64,000 nucleotides of DNA from the NCBI GenBank assembly GCA_902576115.1, contig CACGUE010000003.1, positions 4,712 to 68,711 of the forward strand, given 5' to 3'. The translations under genes and the position numbers were made by a program. The notes under the pieces are model-generated. The model was not told the origin of the DNA, did not search any database, and saw only the letters and a program-made list of their open reading frames with translations. The DNA comes from an uncultured Pelagibacteraceae bacterium (GTDB lineage: Bacteria; Pseudomonadota; Alphaproteobacteria; Pelagibacterales; Pelagibacteraceae). This document shows, piece by piece, positions 17,631 to 26,988 of the stretch. Every line of letters begins with the position of its first letter. Position 1 is the first letter of the stretch.

Positions 17631-18917
17631 ATGGCAATTACTTATATAAAAAAAGCTGAAAAAACTGCATTTACAGGAGAAGATGAAACAAGAACTAAGG
17701 TAAGTTCTATTTTAAAAGATTTAGAAAAAACTAAAGATCAAGGTGTTAAAGATATTTTAAAAAAATTTGATAATTATGAAGGTGATATAATTGTTAGCAA
17801 AGAAAAAATTGAGGAAATAAATAAAACTTTAGATCAGAAGATTAAAGATGATATTCAGTTCTCTCATGAAAGAGTAAGGAAGTTTGCAGAACATCAACTA
17901 GAAAATCTTGGAAAAGACTCAGAAGTTGAATTATCGCCTGGTTTAATAGCAGGGCAAAAATTAATACCTGTAAATACCGTTGGGTGTTACGTGCCCGGTG
18001 GAAGATATAACAATATCGCCTCTGCTATAATGAGTGTGACAACTGCAAAAGTTGCTGGAGTAAAAAATGTAATTGCAACAAGTCCGCCGAAAGATTCAAA
18101 TGGTGCTAACCCAATTATAATTTATACAGCTAACCTTTGTGGTGCAGATGTAATTATGAACATTGGCGGTATAGGAGCAATTGGTGCGCTTGCATATGGT
18201 TGCTTTGGTAATCCAGAAGTAGATATGATTGTTGGACCTGGAAATAAATTTGTAGCAGAGTCTAAAAGGATTTTATTTGGAAAAGTTGGAATTGATTTAT
18301 TTGCAGGACCAACCGAAATAGGCATTATTGCAGATCATACAGCTGACAAAGAAATAATCGCTTATGATTTAGTTGGACAGGCTGAACATGGTCCTGACTC
18401 TCCAGCTTGGCTTTACACTACTGATAAATCTTTATGTGATTATGTTATGAAAAGAGTTCCAGAAATTATTCAAGAACTACCTGAACATAACAGAAATAAT
18501 GCTGATGCTGCATGGAGAGATTATGGAGAAGTAATTATGTGTGATACCAAAGAAGAAATGATGAAAGTGAGTGATGAATATGCACCAGAACATTTAGAGG
18601 TTCAAGCTGAAGACTTAGACTGGTATTTAAAAAATCTTAAAAATTATGGTTCTTTATTTTTAGGTGAGGAAACAACAGTTGCGTATGGAGATAAATGCTC
18701 TGGACCAAATCATATTCTACCAACAAAAGGTGCAGGAAAATATACTGGAGGCTTATACGTTGGAAAATTTATAAAAACAGTCACTTACCAAAAAATGAAT
18801 AAAGAATCTAACAAAGAAGTTGGTGCTGCAGCTGCTAGAATTTCTAGATATGAAGGTATGGAAGCTCATGCTAGAACTGGTGATGTAAGACTTCGAAAAT
18901 ATGGTTTTTCAAATTAG
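17631..18917 (+). CDS. hpsN: HisD-fold dehydrogenase of the sulfopropanediol (DHPS) 3-dehydrogenase subgroup
   Basis: GCYVPGGRY, GPGNKFVAE, QAEHG, AAWRDYGEV, APEHL, YGDKCSGPNHILPT. AWRDY and YGDK match recalled HpsN proteins rather than HisD; no his operon nearby. Confidence 0.75.
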   Translation: MAITYIKKAEKTAFTGEDETRTKVSSILKDLEKTKDQGVKDILKKFDNYEGDIIVSKEKIEEINKTLDQKIKDDIQFSHERVRKFAEHQLENLGKDSEVELSPGLIAGQKLIPVNTVGCYVPGGRYNNIASAIMSVTTAKVAGVKNVIATSPPKDSNGANPIIIYTANLCGADVIMNIGGIGAIGALAYGCFGNPEVDMIVGPGNKFVAESKRILFGKVGIDLFAGPTEIGIIADHTADKEIIAYDLVGQAEHGPDSPAWLYTTDKSLCDYVMKRVPEIIQELPEHNRNNADAAWRDYGEVIMCDTKEEMMKVSDEYAPEHLEVQAEDLDWYLKNLKNYGSLFLGEETTVAYGDKCSGPNHILPTKGAGKYTGGLYVGKFIKTVTYQKMNKESNKEVGAAAARISRYEGMEAHARTGDVRLRKYGFSN

Positions 18918-18930
18918 AGAACTTTAGTTT

Positions 18931-20007
18931 TCAAGATTTAAAAATATCAATTCCAATCTGACTTAATATATGCGCTAGATCTATCGGTACCCAATTTTCT
19001 CTGATTTTTCCCTCATCATGATGATAAAAATCCATAACTCTCATAGTTACTTTATTTTTATTTGAATTATATCCTAGCCAATCATTTGAATCATACACTG
19101 CTTGTATACTGTGCCATCCAGCAGTAAGTGAAAATTTACCATCTCCTAATTCACAATAATGTCCTAATTCCCAGTAATTTCTTTCTTTAAATGTTTTTCT
19201 AAAAGGAAGTTGATGATGATCAATGAAACCTTCCAAAGAGCGTGCTGTTCCTATACCGCTAGGTCCATACCAAATCATTTTTTCATGCCAAAAATCTTTT
19301 TGTGGGTGATTAATAAGTTTTTCTTTTAAATCAGAGTCAGATGATGCTTCTAATTCTGGTTTAATATTTAAACTTCTTTGCATAGTAAGAGATTGATCTA
19401 GAGTGGCTTTTGAAACTTCTAAATTGTTTTCGTAAAAATTTACACCATCTGTATTTATTGGTGTCATCCAAATGCCCTCATACCCTCTTGAAGGATTTAT
19501 TGGAAACTTCCCTACTTGATTTAGAAAATTTATTGTGTCGATTAAAATGTGACTTTCAATAATTTTATCGTTTTTTAATTCGTGTATCTCACAGCATCTT
19601 AAATTTACCATTTTAAAATTTGGCTCTACATTTAGCCATTTCTTTTTAAAAATTCCTGATAAGGTAGATATTGTTCCAACTTGAAATTTATCTCTAAAGG
19701 CTCCGCCTATAACGAGTTGTTCTCTTCTCTCTAAATCAGGAAACGCATCAAAAAGTGGGGTCCAAAATTTATCCCTAAAATTAGACAAACCTTTAAATTC
19801 ATTTAATGGAAAAAAACATTTAATATTTACATCTTCGCTAAAATATTTGCTTAAATTTTCTTCTATTTTAGATGGTCCAAGCTTGTAAATATTGTTCAAA
19901 TAATTTCTAACTATTTGTTTATTTTGTTTATTTTCTTCAGCTGTGATTTTTAATTCTTGAAAATTATTTTGATTTTTAAGTCCTGTATCAAATTGTTCTA
20001 TTTGCAT
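18931..20007 (-). CDS. Two-domain SnoaL/ester cyclase (NTF2-fold) protein
   Basis: Two NTF2-like repeats (AFPDLERR...KIIESHILID and MRVMDFY...KIRENWVPID); start moved to ATG at 20007 to avoid overlap with the cupin. Confidence 0.78.
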   Translation of the reverse strand: MQIEQFDTGLKNQNNFQELKITAEENKQNKQIVRNYLNNIYKLGPSKIEENLSKYFSEDVNIKCFFPLNEFKGLSNFRDKFWTPLFDAFPDLERREQLVIGGAFRDKFQVGTISTLSGIFKKKWLNVEPNFKMVNLRCCEIHELKNDKIIESHILIDTINFLNQVGKFPINPSRGYEGIWMTPINTDGVNFYENNLEVSKATLDQSLTMQRSLNIKPELEASSDSDLKEKLINHPQKDFWHEKMIWYGPSGIGTARSLEGFIDHHQLPFRKTFKERNYWELGHYCELGDGKFSLTAGWHSIQAVYDSNDWLGYNSNKNKVTMRVMDFYHHDEGKIRENWVPIDLAHILSQIGIDIFKS

Positions 20008-20048
20008 AAATTGCAATTTATATTTAAATATAGATAAATAACAAGAAT

Positions 20049-20987
20049 ATGATTGATAGATTAGCAAAATTTAATGAACTTGTTCCGAGCAGCCTTCCTT
20101 TTGTAGAGGGTAGATTAGAAGGTCATAAGGAAAGAAAAAATTATACAATTATTGGACGTGGAGTTGCTGAAGACACCAAACAATTAATAAAAATACAGTC
20201 TTTACATGGGTATAATTTAGGAGCAGTGAGTGCCATGCCAAAAAATGGATCTGGTCTTCACAGTCATACTACGGCTGAAGTGTTTGTAATTTACTCAGGT
20301 AAATGGAGATTTTATTGGGGTGCTGATGGAAAACAAGAAACAATATTAGAAGCTGGCGATATAATTTCAATGCCTACAAATATGTTCAGAGCATTTGAAA
20401 ATGTTGGAGATAAAGAAAGTTTGATGTTTGTTGTATTAGGCGGAGATGATCCTGGTATAATAACATGGGTACCAGAAATTTTAAAAAAAGCAAAAGAGAC
20501 TGGTATGGCATTGCTTGATGATAATTCGTTAATTGATTTAAAAAAGGTTGAAGTGCCTAACGGTAGAAAGATGATAGAGCCTATAACTCAAGATGAATTA
20601 GAAAGATTTGATAATTATTTGCCAGAAGAATTAGAAAAAAATATTTATAGAAATAAACAAAACAATATCAGCGATGAAATTAATGGTATTAAATTATATC
20701 AAGTATTAGGAAACAAATTTAATAAAAAAACTTATGAACCTTCAATCAAACAAAATACCGGATTTAATTTAACAACATTAAATTCTATATCTGGCGAAAT
20801 TAAAGATATTGAATGTATAAAGCCTACCGTTCTTTTTGCTCAAGAAGGTAATTGGAAAATAGTGATAGGAAACTCAAATATAAAATTAGAAAAAGGAGAT
20901 ACTTTTTCAGTTCCAATGAGTAGCAAAATAGATATCTCTTGTAATAATTCAGAAAATAGTATTTTAAATTTTGTTAGTCAGATCTAA
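20049..20987 (+). CDS. Bicupin protein
   Basis: N-terminal LHSHTTAEVF...GDIISMPTNMFRAFEN; degenerate second cupin ending LEKGDTFSVP. Confidence 0.8.
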   Translation: MIDRLAKFNELVPSSLPFVEGRLEGHKERKNYTIIGRGVAEDTKQLIKIQSLHGYNLGAVSAMPKNGSGLHSHTTAEVFVIYSGKWRFYWGADGKQETILEAGDIISMPTNMFRAFENVGDKESLMFVVLGGDDPGIITWVPEILKKAKETGMALLDDNSLIDLKKVEVPNGRKMIEPITQDELERFDNYLPEELEKNIYRNKQNNISDEINGIKLYQVLGNKFNKKTYEPSIKQNTGFNLTTLNSISGEIKDIECIKPTVLFAQEGNWKIVIGNSNIKLEKGDTFSVPMSSKIDISCNNSENSILNFVSQI

Positions 20988-21946
20988 TGAAAGGATTTGA
21001 TAGTAATTATAAAAATTTAACTGATTACATTTTAAAAATTACTAAACAAATTTGGGAAGGGAAAGATGTCGAGTCGATATCTAAATATTATTCAGAGAAT
21101 ATCCCTGTAAGATCACCCTTTGGAATAACCTATGGTTTTAAACCTGTTATTGATGCAACTTATAAAACTTTAGAAGAATTTCCAGACAGACAATTATTAG
21201 GTGAGGATGTAATTTGGAGTGGAAATGATGACGAAGGATATCATTCATCTCACAGAATTCTGAGCAAAGCTACACATTTAAATGACGGGTATTACGGAAA
21301 AAAAACAGGAAACAAAATTGTTTATAGAGTTATAGCTGACTGCGCATGTAAAAATAATCAGGTTTATGATGAGTGGATTGTGAGAGATCAAGGTGCAATG
21401 GTTCGACAGCTAGGTTATACACCTGAGCAATTTGCAAGGCATTTAATTGATAAAGAAGGTGGTATATCTAAAGCTATCAAAGTTTTTAATAGATCTTCTG
21501 ATAAAAAGTCAGAATATAATCCAGTAAAAGTTGATGAAGTTTCATCAGGTTATATATATTCCAATATTTTAAAGAAAATATTTAATAATGATTATGATTT
21601 TGAAGATTATGATAGAGCAGCCAGTCTATTTTGGCCAAGTAATAAAGTTGGAAATGGCAGTGAAGATATAATTAAATATTGGAGCTCTTTAAAAAAAATA
21701 TTTTCTGAAATAAAGTTTACAATCGAACATGTTGCATCATTGGATGAAAAAAATAACAATCAAAAAGCTACGATCAGATGGTTTTTAAGTGGTAAGCACT
21801 CTAAAGACAGTAAAGAATTTGGGAAAAAGACTGACAAAGATTTATTTATAATGGGTATAAATCATGCAGAATTAAGAAATGATAAAATAATAAGAGAATG
21901 GGTATTATTTGATGAAGTGGCTATTTGGAAACAAATATTAATGTAA
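20987..21946 (+). CDS. Two-domain SnoaL/ester cyclase (NTF2-fold) protein
   Basis: EFPDRQLLGEDVIW...YDEWIVRD and a second repeat ending KIIREWVLFDE. Confidence 0.78.
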   Translation: MKGFDSNYKNLTDYILKITKQIWEGKDVESISKYYSENIPVRSPFGITYGFKPVIDATYKTLEEFPDRQLLGEDVIWSGNDDEGYHSSHRILSKATHLNDGYYGKKTGNKIVYRVIADCACKNNQVYDEWIVRDQGAMVRQLGYTPEQFARHLIDKEGGISKAIKVFNRSSDKKSEYNPVKVDEVSSGYIYSNILKKIFNNDYDFEDYDRAASLFWPSNKVGNGSEDIIKYWSSLKKIFSEIKFTIEHVASLDEKNNNQKATIRWFLSGKHSKDSKEFGKKTDKDLFIMGINHAELRNDKIIREWVLFDEVAIWKQILM

Positions 21947-21951
21947 AAACT

Positions 21952-23079
21952 ATGGATAAAATTAAAACCACACATGTTGGAAGTCTGCCAAGATCAAAAA
22001 AACTATCTGAAATACTTTTTAAAAAAGATAAAAATGAATTATTTGATCAAGGAGAACTTGATAAGATAATTGAAGAAGATGTAAACAAAATTGTAAAAAA
22101 ACAAATTGATATTGGAATTGACATTATAAGTGATGGTGAAATGTCAAAAATAAGTTATGCAACTTATGTAAAGGATCGGTTGCATGGCTTTAGTGGCGAA
22201 AGTGAGAGAAGAGCTCCTAAAGACTTAGATGATTTTCCATCATATAAAGAAAAAATTGCAAAATCAGGAGGTACACCTACTTATACAAGACCATGTTGTA
22301 CTGCTGATTTAAAAATCAAAGATACTAAGTCTCTTACTAAAGATATCAGTAATTTAAAATCAGCTTTAAAAAAAAATAACCATCCTAAAGGATTTATTAA
22401 CTCTGCTTCACCAGGAGTAATTTCAAATTTCCTTCCAAACAAATTTTATAAAAATGATGATGATTATTTAGAAGCATTATCAAAAATTATGAAAACTGAA
22501 TATGATGAAATAACAAAGAATGATTTATTATTGCAAATTGATTGCCCAGATCTTGCGCTAGCAAGACATATGACTTTTAAAAATGTATCAGATGAAGAAT
22601 TTTTAGTAAGAGCTGAAAAACAAATCGAATGTCTTAATGAAGCAATCAAAGATATCGATGCCTCTAAGTTGAGAATGCATATCTGCTGGGGAAATTATGA
22701 AGGTCCGCATATTCACGATATTGGATTAGAAAAAATATTACCCATTGCTTTAAAAGCAAATATCCAAACTTATTTAATTGAGGCATCCAATCCAAGGCAT
22801 GCTCATGAATGGCGGGTATTTGAGAACATAAAACTTCCTAATGACAAAGTAATAGTTCCTGGTGTAATAGACTCAACCTCAAACTTTGTAGAGCATGAAG
22901 AATTAGTAAAAAATAGAATAATTCAGTATTCAAAAGTAATTGATAAAAACCAATTGATGGCTGGAAGTGATTGTGGATTTAGTACTTTTGCTGGCTTTGG
23001 AAATGTTGATGAAAATATTGTTTACAAAAAATTTGAATCTTTGGTCGCAGGTGCAGAGCTTGCGTCAAATGCGATTTAA
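21952..23079 (+). CDS. Cobalamin-independent methionine synthase II / epoxyalkane:CoM transferase-like Zn enzyme
   Basis: THVGSLPR, SDGE, LQIDCP, Zn ligands in HICWGN, IE and DCGF; single barrel of 375 aa. Confidence 0.82.
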   Translation: MDKIKTTHVGSLPRSKKLSEILFKKDKNELFDQGELDKIIEEDVNKIVKKQIDIGIDIISDGEMSKISYATYVKDRLHGFSGESERRAPKDLDDFPSYKEKIAKSGGTPTYTRPCCTADLKIKDTKSLTKDISNLKSALKKNNHPKGFINSASPGVISNFLPNKFYKNDDDYLEALSKIMKTEYDEITKNDLLLQIDCPDLALARHMTFKNVSDEEFLVRAEKQIECLNEAIKDIDASKLRMHICWGNYEGPHIHDIGLEKILPIALKANIQTYLIEASNPRHAHEWRVFENIKLPNDKVIVPGVIDSTSNFVEHEELVKNRIIQYSKVIDKNQLMAGSDCGFSTFAGFGNVDENIVYKKFESLVAGAELASNAI

Positions 23080-23152
23080 AAAATACTTTTAAATTCCTTT
23101 TGGAATATATATCCTTCTAATCATAAATTTAAATTTAATGAGGGAAACAAAT

Positions 23153-24373
23153 ATGAAAAAAATATTAATTTCTTTATTGCTTCTTCTTTTTGGAACTTCT
23201 GCTTACGCAGATTGTAACATTAAGAGTGGATCAATAAATATTTTAGCTAATGATTTTCCAGCTTTAAGAACTTTCGTGGAAACGGCTAAAGGATGTAAAG
23301 GAAGTGCAGATTTTAAAGTCACACACTCATCTGAGCACAATAAAATTGCTGTGCCAGCTTTAACTGCAAATCCATCAGAGTTTTCTGCAAGAATTGCAGC
23401 AAATAGCTCTATAGTTCCTTTGATGAACCAAGACTTAATTAGACCACTAGATGATCTTGTTAAGAAATATGGAAAAGGAATACAAGACTCTCAATTGATA
23501 ACAATTGATGGAAAAATAATGGCAGTTGCTTTTATGGCAAATACTCAACACTTATATTACAGAGAAGATGTTTTAAAAGAATTGGGTATAGCTGTTCCTA
23601 AAACATATGAGGAAGTAGTAGCGGCATCAGAAAAAATAAGAGCATCTGGTAAAATGCAATATCCTTACGCAGCAGCATACAAAGCTGGTTGGAATTTAGC
23701 AGAAGAATTCGTTAACATGTATATTGGACATGGAGGAGAATTCTTTAAAGCAGGAACTGCTCAACCAAACATTAACAATGCAAAAGGTGTAGCAACATTA
23801 AATATGCTAAAAAAATTAGCAGGTTTAAGTAACCCAGATTATTTAACGCACGATAGTGAAGCTATTAAAGTTGAATGGGAATCTGGAAATGTTGCATTAA
23901 TGACTCTTTGGGCATCAAGATCAGGAACATTGCTTGATGATGATGGTGATGCAAAAATTACAGCTGCAACTAAATTAACTGGACCAGCAACGGTTGCTGG
24001 AGGAAACATACCAGCAGCGACTTTATGGTGGGATGGTTTCACATTGGCAAAAAATAGATCTGACGCTGATGCTGAAGCAACATTTAGAGCTTTGGCACAC
24101 GCAGCTGCTAACAAAAAGATGGTTGCAGATGCAGCGGATCAAGCTGTTTGGTTAATTGAAGGTTTTAAGCCTGGACCAAAATCAATTGGAGTTATCGAAG
24201 CTGTTAAAATGAAAGCTAAACCATATCCAATGTTACCACAAATGGGTTTAATGCATGGTGCATTAGGAAGTGAGATTGTTGAATTTTTACAAGGTAAAGA
24301 GTCAGCAGAACAAGCTTTAAAAGATGTTGAAGCAGCTTACATGAGTAAAGCAAAAGAACAAGGCTTTCTATAA
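23153..24373 (+). CDS. CUT1-type ABC transporter substrate-binding protein
   Basis: Signal peptide (AYA), IRPLDDLV, LYYREDVLKELGIAVPKTYEEV. Confidence 0.85.
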   Translation: MKKILISLLLLLFGTSAYADCNIKSGSINILANDFPALRTFVETAKGCKGSADFKVTHSSEHNKIAVPALTANPSEFSARIAANSSIVPLMNQDLIRPLDDLVKKYGKGIQDSQLITIDGKIMAVAFMANTQHLYYREDVLKELGIAVPKTYEEVVAASEKIRASGKMQYPYAAAYKAGWNLAEEFVNMYIGHGGEFFKAGTAQPNINNAKGVATLNMLKKLAGLSNPDYLTHDSEAIKVEWESGNVALMTLWASRSGTLLDDDGDAKITAATKLTGPATVAGGNIPAATLWWDGFTLAKNRSDADAEATFRALAHAAANKKMVADAADQAVWLIEGFKPGPKSIGVIEAVKMKAKPYPMLPQMGLMHGALGSEIVEFLQGKESAEQALKDVEAAYMSKAKEQGFL

Positions 24374-24384
24374 TCAATAAATTT

Positions 24385-24410
24385 TAAGTGGGGATTAAAA
24401 TCCCCACTTA
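24385..24410 (+). terminator. Stem-loop after the SBP gene
   Basis: TAAGTGGGGATT-AA-AATCCCCACTTA perfect inverted repeat; weak U-tract, so possibly a stabilising hairpin. Confidence 0.7.
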
Positions 24411-24418
24411 TTACATTA

Positions 24419-25447
24419 ATGCCTAACAAAACTTTTTTTTGGTTTTTCTTGCCAACTGGATTGGCAATGATTTTATTTATAGGTCTTCCTATCATTTCAA
24501 CAGGGATACAATCATTTTATGCGCAGCACGACCAAGTTGTTAAGGAAGTAAAAAAATGTGATCCTTTTGGATGTACAGTTTCTATAGTTGTTGACCAAGA
24601 AAAAACCTCTAAAATTCGAGAAGAAAAGCCTTTAGGAAAATTCAATGGCTTTGGGACTTATGTAGATAGAAATCATCTTGCAATTGAGGAAATTGGAAAA
24701 TTTTGGAATGAAACAAATACTTTTGGGGAATTTGTAGATCAAGTTACCAACCTACCCTTTTACAAGGCTCTAATTTTTACTTTAACCTATTGCTTGTTTG
24801 TAACGCCTAACGTCTTACTTTTAGGTTTTATAATTGCTTTAAGTCTTAATGCAGTAACTAGAAGAATTAGAGGACCATTAATATTTGGAACCATATTGCC
24901 AATGATTGTTACTCCATTGGTAGGTTCTTTAGTTTTATTTTGGATGATAGATGCAGAAGGAATTATTGGTGCAAATTTGCAGATGTTAATGGATGACCCT
25001 TATTTATCGTTAAAATCCTCAAAAACTCTTACTTGGATAACTATAATAATATATGGAATTTGGCATCATTCACCATTTGCTTTTGTAGTATTTTATGCAG
25101 CTTTACAAACTGTTCCCCAAGAACCTGTTGAAGCAGCTATTATTGATGGAGCATCAAGATGGCAGAGAGTAAGACATATTGTTTTGCCTCATATTTATCC
25201 CGTAGTTACATTTGTTGCTCTTATTTCATTGATGGATAATTTTAGAGTTTTTGAGCCTATAATTGGTTTCAGTGCTGAAGGAAGCGCTCAGTCTTTGTCT
25301 TGGTTGATTTATGACAACCTGGTAAATGAGGAAGTAATATTATTTGGTTCAGCCGCTGCCACTTCAATGATGACAATTGTTGGGATAGCGATACTTTTAG
25401 CACCAGTTTTAATAAGAACTTGGAAAGAATTTAGGACAGCGAGATAA
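24419..25447 (+). CDS. CUT1 ABC transporter permease
   Basis: EAA motif EAAIIDGASRWQR. Confidence 0.88.
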   Translation: MPNKTFFWFFLPTGLAMILFIGLPIISTGIQSFYAQHDQVVKEVKKCDPFGCTVSIVVDQEKTSKIREEKPLGKFNGFGTYVDRNHLAIEEIGKFWNETNTFGEFVDQVTNLPFYKALIFTLTYCLFVTPNVLLLGFIIALSLNAVTRRIRGPLIFGTILPMIVTPLVGSLVLFWMIDAEGIIGANLQMLMDDPYLSLKSSKTLTWITIIIYGIWHHSPFAFVVFYAALQTVPQEPVEAAIIDGASRWQRVRHIVLPHIYPVVTFVALISLMDNFRVFEPIIGFSAEGSAQSLSWLIYDNLVNEEVILFGSAAATSMMTIVGIAILLAPVLIRTWKEFRTAR

Positions 25448-26329
25448 ATGGAATACGGACTTGATAAAAGATCGAATGCTTTAAAAATTTTTAATACAAC
25501 CTTTATAATAGTTTGGTTGTTGGTTGCATGCTTTCCCTTTATTTGGACTTTCTGGGGGTCATTTAAAGTTAGAGCTGACTTTTTTTCAAGAGCTGACTGG
25601 TGGTATGCTATTACAGCATTCAATACGTTGCTAGAAACTGGAGGAAAGTTTACAACAGATGCTTATAGTCAAGCATGGACTGAAGGAGAGTTTTGGAAAG
25701 CATCTAGGAATACAGTTATAGTTACATTTTTTGTTGTAACCATTTCTCTGTTCCTCGGGACCTTAGGAGCTTACGCTTTATCTAGGTCTACAAGAAATTA
25801 TGCATTTTGGATTTTAATTGCAGCATTAATTTTTAGAGCAATGCCGCATATTACATTAGTCTCTGGTTATTTATTTCCGTTTTTTCAATTACAAATTTGG
25901 GGAATACTACCGACGACCATCGTTGTTCTTGTTGCAATAAATCAACCATTTACTTTGTGGTTATTGTATTCATTTTTTAAAACTGTTCCTAAAGAACTTG
26001 ATGAAAGTGCTTTAATTGATGGCTGCTCTTATTTTCAAGCATTTAGACATATCATTATGCCAGTTATGTGGCCTGGAGTAATAACTGCAGGATTATTTAG
26101 TTTAATGCTTGCGTATAATGATTTTACAGTGACAGCTCTTTTATTAAATCAGGAAAATCATACTATGGTACCCAAAATCCAAAGTTATCTTGGAACAAAT
26201 CAACATGAAGGTAATTTGATGTGGGCTGTTTCTGCAGTTGTTTCGGCTACTGCTCCTTTATTTATGTTAGTTATGTTTTTCCAAAGACAAGTAATCAGTG
26301 GATTAACAGCTGGTGCTGTGAAGGGATAA
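25448..26329 (+). CDS. CUT1 ABC transporter permease
   Basis: ELDESALIDGCS and C-terminal GLTAGAVKG. Confidence 0.9.
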   Translation: MEYGLDKRSNALKIFNTTFIIVWLLVACFPFIWTFWGSFKVRADFFSRADWWYAITAFNTLLETGGKFTTDAYSQAWTEGEFWKASRNTVIVTFFVVTISLFLGTLGAYALSRSTRNYAFWILIAALIFRAMPHITLVSGYLFPFFQLQIWGILPTTIVVLVAINQPFTLWLLYSFFKTVPKELDESALIDGCSYFQAFRHIIMPVMWPGVITAGLFSLMLAYNDFTVTALLLNQENHTMVPKIQSYLGTNQHEGNLMWAVSAVVSATAPLFMLVMFFQRQVISGLTAGAVKG

Positions 26330-26988
26330 TGAGTTACAAAGCTGTTTTATTTGGTTCTATTGGAACTTTAGCTGAGACATCAGATCTTCAAAGAGATGCA
26401 TTTAATGAAGCTTTTAAAATAAGTGGATTAGACTGGTTTTGGGATGAAGATATATACAGGAAACTATTGTCAAAATCAGGTGGAACTACGAGAATCAATG
26501 ATTACGCAAAAGATACTAGTGTTGAAATAGATGGAAAAAAAATAAGAAATTTAAAAACCAAAATTTTTAATGAATATTTAAACAAACACAAAGTTGAGCC
26601 TAGAGACGGTGTAAAAGAAATAATTCAATTTTGCAAAAAGAACAAAATAAAAATTGGACTTGCTAGCTCAACAACGAGTAACAATATCAATTCTATTTTT
26701 AACTCGTTAAGAGGAAGAATTGAAAAAAAAGATTTTGATTTTATCGGCAATAATGAATTCATATTAAGAGAAAAACCATATCCCGATATTTATAATTATG
26801 CTTTAAAATACTTGAATATTAACTCAGACGAATGTGTGGCAATTGAAGATACAGAAGAAAGTTTAAATTCTGCTTTAAGTGCAGACATAAAATGTGTTGC
26901 ATTTCCTGGAAAATATCACACTCAATACGGATTTGATGGGAACCATTTAAAGGTTAATAAATTATCAAAAAAAATCTTTAATAAATAA
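26329..26988 (+). CDS. HAD-fold (CbbY-like) protein with degenerate motif I
   Basis: True start ATG 26329 overlaps the permease stop (TAATG). MSYKAVLFGSIGTL, LASST, EKPYPDIY, AIEDT. Confidence 0.8.
   Translation: MSYKAVLFGSIGTLAETSDLQRDAFNEAFKISGLDWFWDEDIYRKLLSKSGGTTRINDYAKDTSVEIDGKKIRNLKTKIFNEYLNKHKVEPRDGVKEIIQFCKKNKIKIGLASSTTSNNINSIFNSLRGRIEKKDFDFIGNNEFILREKPYPDIYNYALKYLNINSDECVAIEDTEESLNSALSADIKCVAFPGKYHTQYGFDGNHLKVNKLSKKIFNK

Noticed and set aside
17631-18917. Annotation as histidinol dehydrogenase hisD
   Set aside because: Motifs (AWRDYGEV, YGDK) and sulfonate context fit the HpsN subgroup better.
21952-23079. Annotation as full metE methionine synthase
   Set aside because: Half-length single barrel lacking the N-terminal folate-binding half, in a catabolic context.
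26221-26328. Cys-rich N-terminal extension of the HAD ORF
   Set aside because: Out-of-frame overlap with the permease; the real start is 26329.
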